Below, in pieces: positions 27,632 through 38,454 of a stretch of DNA of 64,000 nucleotides. The DNA comes from Eledone cirrhosa (lineage: Eukaryota), in NCBI GenBank assembly GCA_964016885.1, contig OZ024747.1, positions 48,298,001-48,362,000 of the forward strand, given 5' to 3'. The number at the start of each line of letters is the position of its first letter. Position 1 is the first letter of the stretch. Position numbers and translations under genes: made by a program. The notes beneath the pieces are model-generated. The model made no database searches and had not been told where the DNA came from. It saw only the letters and a list, made by a program, of their open reading frames with translations.

Positions 27632-27632
<1 letters not shown>
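23440..27632 (-). mobile_element. Full-length RTE LINE
   Basis: Structured 5' UTR (27632-27230), intact ORF, 3' UTR ending in stem-loop ggccatactcgataacgagggggcagcc and (ATGT)n tail. Confidence 0.93.
23678..27223 (-). CDS. RTE ORF: APE endonuclease, reverse transcriptase and three C2H2 zinc fingers (1181 aa)
   Basis: WNVRT, LSETR, GDFNARVG, LDYVL, TDH (APE); DLTKAFDTV, GVKQG, LLYADD (RT); CSVC..H..H, CQTC..H..H, CRLC..H...H; uninterrupted. Confidence 0.95.
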   Translation of the reverse strand: MMFQNNVNEIIANLGSGTKKIIGNKGRGPKLSQPGPARHRAIVIEPNRAFSLGCWNVRTLLDRDSLERPERRTALVAKELRRYDLDIVALSETRLAGDGHLTEFCGEYTFFWKGRDEGTRREAGVGFAVKTVLVNKLEEFPVGISERLMSMRVPLDKGRYATLVSVYAPTMNSVDEEKLSFYHALKGVLRNIPQADKVIVLGDFNARVGRDFNTWNVIGRHGVGKCNSNGMLLLQMCEELDLCVTNTMFQQKNKFKTTWMHPASKEWHLLDYVLVRMRDRQDVRCVRVLRGAECWTDHRLVRAKVNLITKRKIRAPGVTLPKRLNAARLKDKNVKRTLEEEMQAADLGEDWPTLKKSVYDVGRRVLGLVQRKHQDWFDEKDVHIDDLLADKRRALSRYLTARPQERNTLHEELRDVKSRVRRSLSQMKDQWWSEKAGEIQTASDCNNTKLLYSLLREVYGPSSSLVTPIRSRDGKELLRDSQGILRRWREHFDDLLNQPSVVSEDFLNLIPESLVKVALAEPPTLVEVAVAISKLNSGRSPGMDGIHAELLQYGGERLLQHLHSLFGGIWANESVPEDWRDAVMVVLYKGKGNRNDCGNYRGISLLSVVGKVLCRVLLDRLLTHIADCVLPESQSGFRVGRGTTDMIFSARQLQEKCIEQGLDLYQVFVDLTKAFDTVNRDALWRVLQKLGCPDKFLALVRSFHDDMKAWVNVGGNMSEPISVKNGVKQGDIPAPTLFAIYFAMVFCIAFRNCEHGVYIRYRTSGSIFNIRRFAAKTKVFTSVIRDLLYADDCDLVAHTESDMQHILNVFSDACTALGLTVSLKKTVVMYQPAPGRQYTEPNIYVYGKRLGVVDQFVYLGSTVNRYGNLDSEISLRIRKASDAFGKLERRLWGRRDICRRTKVKVYRACVLSCLLYACETWVTYRRHLKQLERFHQMCLRRIHGVHWRDHISDVEILESSMCDSIEALVLKQRLRWSGHLARMKDSRIPKQLFYGELVKGKRPPHKPKRRYKDSLKASLKDANISADTWENIAADRNKWRKTVYEGKVAFEASRIAHEKVKRDVRKGIAVALPDGEGPPMFLTCSVCARLCLSKAGLESHLRSHKVRPVVDYQAAVGDATHHACQTCGRECKSAGGLKRHAKVHELQPQPTIPSKCFGCRLCARHFGSLAGLKSHIRSQHC

Positions 27633-27694
<62 letters not shown>

Positions 27695-27700
27695 CATACA

Positions 27701-30700
27701 TTATGGTGACCGTTGTGGTCAGTGTCCGATAATCGGACGTGTGTAATTACGGCTTACATGAAGGCAACATACCATATATTGGAAAAAGTTGAGCTACATT
27801 ACGCGGTAAGATTACATACAATAATTCTACATAAGTGTTTGAACTGTAAGTGTGTTGTAAAACACCTATTTATATGAACGATACATACACTTATGATATA
27901 TGAACGATACATATACTTTAACATATAAATGCAACGTTGTTATATTACATTTATAAAAAAATATAAAAGTAACGTTTTCGATTCAGAAACAAAAATATAA
28001 GTGTTTGAACTGTGAATGTTGTGAATATGTTGTAGAACACCTATTTATATGAATGATACATAAACTTTAACATATAAATACAGCGTTGTTATATTATATT
28101 ACATTCGTAAAGGAATATACTAAGTAACGGTTCTTTTTGTTCTCGATTCAAACGATTCAAGAACAACGTTTAAAACACAGTTGTAGAATTAAAAACTAAC
28201 TGAAAAGAAATATTACCCAAGCTGTGAATAACTTTAAATTTGATTCTGACAGAACTTTGTCGTAACTTTTAAAGAAGATCATCGACTATTTAAAAAAAAT
28301 AAATACAAAATATTAGTGAATAGACGAACTCATCATGGCAAAAAGTACAAGTCTCCTTCGACCAAATCGCAATTACAACCGTTGTATACAGTGGAGCTAC
28401 GAGCTTAACAAAGAATTATATGAAGCATACAAACAATCTGAACCCCAAAAGTTCGGTTTTATGCAAAGGCTAAAAACTTTATGGAACTCCAAACACCCAG
28501 AATTAGACTTTTCTCCAAAGCATCTAAATGAACAGGCAAAACGTATCATTAGATGTAAATTGATACATCTAACGGAATCGAGTGATACTACAAATACAGC
28601 CCTTGTAGACAACCACCCCACCTCCACTGACAGACAAAGAGAATGGCCAGCTAAATCTAACAGTGAACAGCTCACCAACAATTTTGCTGAAATCCATCCC
28701 ACTTCCACTGAAGAACAGCGAGAAAGGTCAGCTGACTCTAGTAGTAATTGTCACCACATCAACAACGAGGCTGCAATTCATGACTCTACTGAACAAACAG
28801 AGCACCAAAAACTTGTGGGCACCCTACAAGTGATATGGAACGATATGTTTCAAGAGATACACAGCCTTAATGTGAGTGACAGACCATACAACACTAGAGT
28901 CAGTAAAGAACCCACTAAATTGGAATTGGAAGCGGTGAACGAAATAGCTGGCAATTATCTGAAGGCTATACGATCTAAAGGTGTAGAAACGACATTTGAA
29001 ACGCTCAATGTTTTGTTATATGTTTCAGCTGTCACATTGCTATCATATAACACACATCTAAAACCATGCAATCAAGATACAAACAGAAAGCCTGAACCAG
29101 CGTGGATGCGAAATTTAAAAACCAAAATTTTGTCCCTGAGACGAAGTATCTCACACATCGCAGTCGTTATGAAATGCAACATAGAGAGAAACTTCACACG
29201 ACACCAGGAAGACCTAAAGAAAAAGTTAGAGAGACGATTTGGAGATACCAAATTTAAAACTTTGAACTCCAAATTACACCAGTTGAAACAACAACTCACA
29301 GCTACAACAGAAAGACTAAAATATAAGTCAACAGCCCATAAACGACAAGTGCTAAATAGATTGTTTGCCAGAGATCCTAAATCAGTTTATCGCAGCTTCG
29401 GTGGCAAAAGCTCAATCCCTGTAAACGACACCACTTCAAAAGAACAGGTTGAGAACTACTGGAGATCTGTATGGGAAACGGATGACGGATTCAACAGACA
29501 AGCTAATTGGCTAAAACAACTGGAACAGGACTACTGCCAACATGTCCAGACAAAACAATATGACATAGATGGGTCAATACTGGAAACAGCTCTACAGAAA
29601 ATGCCGAATAGGAAATCGCCAGGCCCAGACCTCATTACAGGATACTGGTTGAAGAATTTCACTTTCTATCGGCAAGATCTCATACGGCTGTTTACAGAAA
29701 CCATTAAGGGCACACAAGAACTGCCCAGATGGTTATCAACTGCCACTACTCTCCTCATTCCCCAAAATAGCCAAACCACCCTTGCTAAAAATTACCGCCC
29801 AATTGCCTGCCAAAACATCATGTATAAATTATATACTGGGTGCCTTAACCTGTTCTTACAGGATCACTGTGCTACCAACAACATCATAACACCTGAGCAG
29901 GCTGGTGGAAAGAGGGAGGTGTGGGGTTGCATAGATCACCTACTAACTAACAAAATGATTCAGGAAAAAACAACAAAGAATCGCAGAAACATGACTGTCG
30001 TGTGGCTGGACTATCAAAAAGCATTTGATAGTGTACCTCATGGGTGGATTATTAAGGCTTTACAGTTAGCTAAAGTCCCACAACCATTAGTAGCTGCTGT
30101 TGAACGCCTGACCAAGAACTGGTACACCAATTTGATCCTTAGAGGTGAGAAGGAGCAGGTTAAGACTGATAGGATACATTACCAGAAGGGCATCTTTCAG
30201 GGTGATAGCTTGTCAGTACTACTCTTCGTTCTCTCACTGAATCCACTATCTTACCTACTCAGGAAACAAGGTGGACAAAGAAGTGGGCCCAGAAGTATCT
30301 CCCATCTTTTCTTTGTTGATGACCTGAAGTTGTATGGGCCAAATATCAATGACATCAAGAAACAATTGGACCTCATTACACAATTTTCAACCGACATCAA
30401 AATGAAATTTGGTGAGTCCAAGTGTGCATATTTGGCAGTAAAACGTGGAAGAGCTGTGCCCTCCTCTAGAAATCTAGATATGAACGGCCTGACAATACAA
30501 CCTCTGCAGTCAGGTGACAACTACAGATATCTTGGACAGGATGAGAATGTCAGATATGATGGACCCATAAATAAGGAGAGAACCAGAACTGAATACCTCA
30601 GAAGAGTAAAAAAAATATGGTCATCAGAACTGTCAGTATACAACAAATACATTGCCCACAATACCTATGCTGTGCCAATTCTAACGCCAACATTTGGCCT

Positions 30701-31925
30701 ACTGAACTGGTCATTGCAAGAACTAAGTGAGATGGATGTTAGAACTCGAAAACTTCTCAGTGTTACTGGGAACTTTAACATCAATGGTGATGTGGATAGG
30801 CTATACTTCTCACGCAAGGAAGGTGGCCGGGGTCTAAAATCAATATTAACAACATATGAGACCCGGATAGTAACACTGAAGCAACACCTTCAACAGAGGA
30901 AAAAGGTTGGCGACCATCTTGCTCAGGTTTATGAGCATGAAAAAAGAAATATCATTAGAATAGCGACTGATCTGGAGGAGAGATATGGAATAAAGCCTGA
31001 TATAAATCTCTCACCCAGAGAAATCGGAAGATCCTATTCAATGTTCAAACAAGAAAAAAAAATTGACCAATTTACAGAGAAAGTTGTGCATGGATACTTG
31101 AGGCGTAAAACACAGACCATAGAGGGGATAAACCACTCAAAAAGCCTGGCATGTAGTTCCGACAAGTTTATGACATCACACCTTGAGGGATATCTCTATG
31201 CAATACAGGAACAAGAACTCCCTACCAAATATCTGCTGCACAAAAGAGGAGGGCCAGCAGCTGACAATAAATGTAGGCTATGTAAAACAAAGATCGAGGA
31301 TGTAAGCCACATTGTTGCCAGCTGCGAAAGAATGTCATCTCGCTACTACCTCCCCATGAGACACGATGGGATAGCTAGAACTATCTGGAACGCACTTCGG
31401 AAAACAAAATTAACAACAAACGAGGAAGAATATATTGAGACAGATGGCACTAAGGAATACTGGTGGAACCTGAAAATAAAAACTGCCACCAAATTAAAGC
31501 ACAACCGGCCTGATATTGTAGTTTGGGACCACACATTGAAAACGTGTTCTGTTGTGGAGATCAGCTGCCCACTTGATGCAAACGTTGTCAGAAAAATACA
31601 GGAGAAGGAGGACATCTACGGACCATTGATGAGGAGCTTACAAATCCAGTATCCAAGATACACCTTTAGCTTCATACCCATCATTATTGGTGCTACGGGT
31701 TATATACCAACCCGCTTGGACCAAAGTATGACCGAACTTGGATTTGCGGACAAAAAGCGCAGCTCCCTAATTCATAGTCTACAAATGGCTGCGATAGCTG
31801 GCACCTTCAAAATATGCAAAACATTCTTGCGATTCAAGGGATGACAATTTCTTTTCTTTTACAACCTTGCCACCAGGAAGGTGGCCGGTCAAAAAAATAT
31901 ACTCGAAATTAAGAGAAAGAGAAAA
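27701..31925 (+). mobile_element. Full-length R4/Dong-clade non-LTR retrotransposon
   Basis: ~630-bp 5' UTR, intact ORF, short 3' UTR with hairpin gccacc-aggaa-ggtggc; (TACA)n on the left and acatacat on the right. Confidence 0.9.
28335..31844 (+). CDS. R4/Dong ORF: RT, CCHC knuckle and restriction-like endonuclease (1169 aa)
   Basis: WLDYQKAFDSVPH, GIFQGDSLS, LFFVDDLKLY, CRLC..EDVSHIVASC, RHD, RPDIVVWD..VEISCP..K..Y; no APE domain. Confidence 0.95.
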   Translation: MAKSTSLLRPNRNYNRCIQWSYELNKELYEAYKQSEPQKFGFMQRLKTLWNSKHPELDFSPKHLNEQAKRIIRCKLIHLTESSDTTNTALVDNHPTSTDRQREWPAKSNSEQLTNNFAEIHPTSTEEQRERSADSSSNCHHINNEAAIHDSTEQTEHQKLVGTLQVIWNDMFQEIHSLNVSDRPYNTRVSKEPTKLELEAVNEIAGNYLKAIRSKGVETTFETLNVLLYVSAVTLLSYNTHLKPCNQDTNRKPEPAWMRNLKTKILSLRRSISHIAVVMKCNIERNFTRHQEDLKKKLERRFGDTKFKTLNSKLHQLKQQLTATTERLKYKSTAHKRQVLNRLFARDPKSVYRSFGGKSSIPVNDTTSKEQVENYWRSVWETDDGFNRQANWLKQLEQDYCQHVQTKQYDIDGSILETALQKMPNRKSPGPDLITGYWLKNFTFYRQDLIRLFTETIKGTQELPRWLSTATTLLIPQNSQTTLAKNYRPIACQNIMYKLYTGCLNLFLQDHCATNNIITPEQAGGKREVWGCIDHLLTNKMIQEKTTKNRRNMTVVWLDYQKAFDSVPHGWIIKALQLAKVPQPLVAAVERLTKNWYTNLILRGEKEQVKTDRIHYQKGIFQGDSLSVLLFVLSLNPLSYLLRKQGGQRSGPRSISHLFFVDDLKLYGPNINDIKKQLDLITQFSTDIKMKFGESKCAYLAVKRGRAVPSSRNLDMNGLTIQPLQSGDNYRYLGQDENVRYDGPINKERTRTEYLRRVKKIWSSELSVYNKYIAHNTYAVPILTPTFGLLNWSLQELSEMDVRTRKLLSVTGNFNINGDVDRLYFSRKEGGRGLKSILTTYETRIVTLKQHLQQRKKVGDHLAQVYEHEKRNIIRIATDLEERYGIKPDINLSPREIGRSYSMFKQEKKIDQFTEKVVHGYLRRKTQTIEGINHSKSLACSSDKFMTSHLEGYLYAIQEQELPTKYLLHKRGGPAADNKCRLCKTKIEDVSHIVASCERMSSRYYLPMRHDGIARTIWNALRKTKLTTNEEEYIETDGTKEYWWNLKIKTATKLKHNRPDIVVWDHTLKTCSVVEISCPLDANVVRKIQEKEDIYGPLMRSLQIQYPRYTFSFIPIIIGATGYIPTRLDQSMTELGFADKKRSSLIHSLQMAAIAGTFKICKTFLRFKG

Positions 31926-32336
31926 CATACATGGTGGCTGCCAACTCGTTTTCGAGTACGGCCACTACTTTATATCCATGTAGGAGAACGCCTACCGATG
32001 CGCTGACGAGTGTGACTTTTTAGTCCAGCCAGCGACTTGAAAACTCTGGTACAAACACTACACTTGTGACAATTATTGACACATAGTGCTGGGCCCATGG
32101 TACCATGTGACGACAAGTGCAGCGAGATCTCCAGATATAAAGCAATGCCTGTGCCATGAAGCTTTTATAGTGAGCAAAGGCACTGCACAAAGCCAGTCCC
32201 ACTCTCTTAACCAAGATGATATTTACCAAAAAGAAGAACAAGTCAACATCATTGGATACCATCAGGGTTGCAGGTGTTATATCAGAGTTTTCCTTCTCCT
32301 AGAATTCTGCCTTGACAAAGGCTAAGGGGTCATCTC
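31926..32336 (-). mobile_element. Bipartite RTE-derived element, family B, second copy
   Basis: Near-identical reverse complement of 21167-21575; its tail is interrupted by the R4 element. Confidence 0.9.
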
Positions 32337-32409
32337 ATACATACATACATACATACATACATACATACATACATACATACAAACATACATACATACATAC
32401 ATACATACA

Positions 32410-32440
<31 letters not shown>

Positions 32441-32447
32441 TATACAT

Positions 32448-32547
<100 letters not shown>

Positions 32548-32688
32548 ACGTGCATATGCACGCACACATGTATACTTACATACTTAAATATGTATACACA
32601 TTTCGCACACATGCGTATAAAAACACATGCATATAAGACTAATAGCATATTGATTAACACGAAATTACAATATATATATATATATATA

Positions 32689-32930
32689 GGAAAAGAGTCA
32701 GAACCTCGACGGATGAGCTCCGGCCGTTTCGACAGCTAGGTCTGAACTAAAGCGGTATTGTTAGGACAGCAGTAGCTTGGCTGAACTTATCAAGGGGTAA
32801 TTCCATATATGGGCATGCAATGAGAGCGTCGCAGTAGTGTCGTGTCAAACAGTTCTCAAAGTTGTTTTTCATTATCGAGTACTTTGGTACGTTATGGTCC
32901 ACCTGGTTACTTCTCACACTTCCCTCGTTA
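32689..32930 (-). mobile_element. Short PLE-pLTR-like element in (TA)n
   Basis: Related to 48817-49003 and 50733-50920 (gagtact..ggt.cgttat.gtcca.ctggtt and gtcgaaacgg..ccgtcg). Confidence 0.6.
32703..32798 (-). ncRNA. Type-I HHR variant (U3-A8 core)
   Basis: acccc-TTGATAA-gtt-cagc(long loop)gctg-tc-GAAA-cgg(ccggagctcat)ccg-TC-gaggt; imperfect stems I and II. Confidence 0.5.
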
Positions 32931-33480
32931 TATATATATATATATTCAAAACAACAAACAGCGGAGGACGCGTTTCGCACTTGTCCGACAGACAACCTTT
33001 CCCCCACCCCGGAAAACCCCCCAGTTGATGGATGTGAATCCGAAATATATAGGGACTATTAAATCTCTCCCAAGGTAACTCTCTCTCGTGTTGTTATTTT
33101 ATTTTATCCTTTATACTCTTTCCTTCATTCTTCTACACATCTCATACACACCACGCATCTCAACGTACACCCACTTACATCTCTCTCTCCACCACCGGAT
33201 CTTGTTACCCGGAGATTTACCCATTTGCATTGTCGAGGCTTCCAAACGATTTAAAGATATTCAATTTTTTTAAACTTCAATTTTAATAGCAAACCTCTCT
33301 TTTCTTTCCTTTTAATAAATAATTGTGATAATTATTGAAATATATATGGCGTCTAAACATAACGGTCCTTTTCAGTTTTAACGTTATCCTCATTAGCATA
33401 TTCATCCCAAGTTTTGAAGATTTATCCACTATCTACATTGAATTCATAACATTAAGTTCATATGTCATTATGTCATTATC

Positions 33481-33790
33481 GATTATTAGCCGTACAGTGT
33501 TCGGAAACCATCGTTGCCATTCTGTTCAACACTGACAAAGGAACGATGAACTAGTTTCTAGCTTATTAGCTACCATCAGCACCGTATACCTTCCTGTCAG
33601 TGTTGAACAAAATGGCAACGATGGTTGCCGAACACTGTACGGCTAATAATCGGGCTGTTTGTTTACAAACAAACCGAGCATTATAATAAATGTTCCGTAA
33701 GCCCATACGTACATATATATATATATATGTGTGCATGTATATACATACTACTGTACGTCTGTATACATATATGTATATACGTATACATAA
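33481..33790. mobile_element. Fold-back copy of the 431-nt HHR repeat family
   Basis: Inverted arms 33481-33537 and 33594-33651; minus-strand HHR at 33543-33585 with an A9>G change. Confidence 0.8.
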
Positions 33791-33829
33791 TTATGTATTA
33801 TGTATATATATATATGTATATATATATAC

Positions 33830-34089
33830 AGATAACAAGGACGATTGGTTACTCCTTCATTACATTTATTGGTTGGTGACGCGCGTTTCGCCACTGATCA
33901 GCTCAAGGTTCGATCTGTATCGATCTTACCCGACTCTGTAATCCGCAGCTCGACGGACCCCTTAAAATGATAAAGTCAGAAGTTCATATGTCGGACAATA
34001 AGGATTGTTTTGATTGGTGGAATAGATCATAGGGATGTTTTCGCCTGTAGTGTATGTGGGGGTGGGTGTGATGACGTCCAAGTTACACT

Positions 34090-34092
<3 letters not shown>
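33830..34092 (-). mobile_element. Short non-coding dispersed repeat in (TA)n
   Basis: Homologous to 43030-43180 (+): agagtcggg..agatcgatacagatcgaac..ctgatca..gcgaaacgcgc. Confidence 0.6.
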
Positions 34093-34171
<79 letters not shown>

Positions 34172-34173
<2 letters not shown>

Positions 34174-34842
34174 GCTGACGATAGCTAATAAACTTGAAAC
34201 TAGTACATCGTTAATGTCTCAGTTTTGAACAAAAAGGCGAGGATGGTTGCCGAACACTGTACGGCGTAATCCGAGCTGTTTGTTTATAAACAAACCGAAT
34301 ATTATAATAAATGTTCGGTAAACCCACACGTACATATACATATATGTGTGCATGTGTGTATATATATTCATACTACTGTACGTCTGTATACATATATGTA
34401 TGTACGTATACATACTTACATTTAAGTATCAGCCGTACTAAGAGTGAGAAATGAAATTTCGTTTCATTCTTTTCCATTTATCGTTTTCGGTACGCCCGGC
34501 CGACTAACTCACTCGATATGCAAATTAGGCTGCTCAGCCGTTAATATGCATAAGGAAAGTATATAATTTCAAACGTTCAATCAACTGACAGTAAGGTATA
34601 CGATGCTGACGATAGCTAATAAGCTTGAAACTACTACATGGTTCTTGTGCTAGTGTTGAACAAAAAAAAAAAAAAGGCGACGATGGTTGCCGAACACTGT
34701 ACGGCGTAATTCGAGTTGTTTGTTTACAAACAAACCTAACATTATAATAAATATTCGGTAAACCCATACGTACATATATATATATATATGTGGATGTATG
34801 TATATATATATACATACTACTGTACGTCTGTATATATATACA

Positions 34843-34850
<8 letters not shown>
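34172..34850 (+). mobile_element. Tandem (~1.6 units) 431-nt HHR-bearing repeat, retrozyme-like
   Basis: CTGACGA cores at 34175 and 34606 (431 nt apart) with colinear downstream sequence; non-coding; flanked by (TA)n. Confidence 0.85.
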
Positions 34851-34911
<61 letters not shown>

Positions 34912-34917
<6 letters not shown>

Positions 34918-35716
34918 ATACTTTGGGAGGGTCATGTTGCCAATAAGAAACAAACGCATCAGTTGCTTTCACTTCAATTTATTATAAATTAAATATATTT
35001 ATAAATTTCCGGTTGGTTGGTTGGTTCCACAACCAGACGATTGTTCATATATTGTCAAACTTCTTTCGTCACACATTCTGTGATCTCTTCAGTGACTGGG
35101 GATTCTTTTCTTTGTTTTTGTGTCTCTCCTTTGTTCTGTCCTACGCCATCTTGTTTTTGGGTGTGTTGTCTGCTTAGTTTGCGCATGTGTTACATCCGGG
35201 TGTCTGTGTGTGTTTATATTTGTTTATTTATTTGTTTATTTACATGTTACTGGTTGGTTGTTTGTACTATGTGTGTGCTTGTTTTCATTTTGTCCTTAAT
35301 TGTAAGTTGTGATGTTGCTGTTCCATTCATGTTTTCTATTTAATTTTGGTTGGAGTTCATTTATGTTTATTGCCTCTGTGATTTGTCTAAACATTGCGTC
35401 TTTTCTGTGTGTAGATTCTATTTTCATTTCTATGTTCTCTAATTTACCCATATGTTCTATTTTAGCATGTTGGTGGAGTACAGATGATTCTTTACTATCT
35501 TGAAGCTCTCGCCAGTGTTCATTTATCCGTTCCCCTATACTACAAGCTGTCTCACCTATGTACACTATATTCTTATCTCTACCTTGTCCATCAGTACATC
35601 TTATGCTATATACTACATTTCTAGTTTTACAGTTAATATGGGGGCTTAGTTTACAGATTATACATGTCTTATCCTGTATAGATAAGAAATGTATAATCTG
35701 TAAATTAAGCCCCCAT
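34912..35716 (-). mobile_element. Naiad-like PLE 3' fragment (GIY-YIG and pLTR) with 5' inversion
   Basis: [50 protein letters not shown]; inverted duplication 35637-35664 / 35690-35716; (TA)n on both sides. Confidence 0.85.
35054..35096 (-). ncRNA. Minimal type-I HHR in PLE pLTR
   Basis: gtca-CTGAAGA-ga-tcaca(gaatg)tgtga-c-GAAA-gaag-TT-tgac; same position as the 3580 motif. Confidence 0.65.
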
Positions 35717-36790
<1,074 letters not shown>

Positions 36791-36834
36791 ACACACATAT
36801 ATGTAACGTATGGATATATATATATATATATATA

Positions 36835-37295
36835 GAATTAGTACATCTACCAACATTGGAAGATGTACTAATTCTCTATATTTATCTCCAAATTATTTGT
36901 TGAGCAAAACTGGCCAAAATTTACTGCTGTTTCATGGTAGTAGTAGGCTCTTGTCATAATACCACCGTGCCCCTAACTGATTAACCTCGGTGTCACGTGA
37001 TTGATTCTTTAGAATCTGCCACTGACCAGAGGCAGTGAAATTTTTTCAGTGCTCCGGAATTTAGTCCACGCTAGCCTCATTCCATCTACTGAATTATTAT
37101 TTTATATGGGTTCCTAGTGTCCGCGCATTGCCTGGGAACTTAGCTGAGAATAGACTCCCTGATGACGTAATGAATTCTCTATAGTTATATATATTATGTA
37201 ACTATATTTATCCCATTACAGAAACTAATTAGTTGGAGTGAAAATTTTAGTAAGTAAGTTAATTTTTAATTTTTAAAATTTTCTTATTTTACGTC

Positions 37296-37298
<3 letters not shown>
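36835..37298 (+). mobile_element. HHR-bearing non-coding element (551-nt family), copy 1
   Basis: Colinear with the reverse complement of 60830-61290; starts with hairpin agaattagtacatct..agatgtactaattct; (TA)n flanks. Confidence 0.8.
37154..37239 (+). ncRNA. Type-I HHR with long stem II insertion
   Basis: actcc-CTGATGA-c-gtaatg(41 nt)cattac-a-GAAA-ctaattag-TT-ggagt. Confidence 0.82.
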
Positions 37299-37346
<48 letters not shown>

Positions 37347-37976
37347 TGTTACTACCTGATCTAACCTGTTGATTAGCAAACAGATTTTAGTTGGATCAGC
37401 TTCTGTTGTCACGTATACTGTTGTTTTTGTTATTGTTGTCACTACTGCTGTTACTGTTGTTGGTGATGATGATATTGTTGTTGTTATTACTAATGTTGTT
37501 GTTGATGTCACAGTTGTTTACGGAGTTGTTATTGTTATCCTTGATGTTGTTATTGATATTATTTTTATTGTCGTCGTCAGTACTATTGTTTATTGTTGTG
37601 GTTGTTGTTGATATCCTCCTCCTTCTTCTCCTCCTCCTTCTTCTTCTTCTTCTTCTTTTCTCTCTCTCTCTCTCTCTCTTCCCGCCTCTCTATCTCTCTC
37701 TCTAATGTTTCTATTCCAGAGGTAATAAACTTCATTTAGAGTGCCTTTAACACTCTGTGCTCTCCCCACCTCTAACAAAAAGTAGGCCCTAAAAATGTGA
37801 GCCCCTCCCCCGGACATCCACAGAATGGAATGCAATTTGATCCCTTTCATACTGCTGTGACCCCTAAGACAAACTAAGTGTTCTTACCAAAACACGATTG
37901 GTTATGTACTAACTCGATATTGCTGCCCCCATGAGTAAGGGATATAATGACATTAGCAGGGACGAGGAAGGCTCCT

Positions 37977-38056
<80 letters not shown>

Positions 38057-38373
38057 GCGAGACAAAATGTATGTTTATTATACATAAACATTTTATACAC
38101 GGTTTTATATATTTATACATACACCCATACGTTCACATACATAAATAATGTATATATATCAAATATCATTCAAGGCATATTCTGTTGAACTCATGACACC
38201 TATAAGCGCTTTATCAGACTGATGTAAAGATTTCAAACAATTTGATGTGCTTGTCCCACTTGTCTCCCCTACACACACACACACACACACATATATATAT
38301 GTGTCTCTGTGTGTGTGTGTGTATATATATGTATGTATCTGTCTATCTACCTCTTTCATTTAGGCCTCTCTCT

Positions 38374-38429
<56 letters not shown>

Positions 38430-38454
38430 GTGTGTGTGTGTATATATATATATA

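Noticed and set aside
27350-27632. HDV-like ribozyme in the RTE 5' UTR
   Set aside because: Hairpins are present, but no nested double pseudoknot could be assigned by eye.
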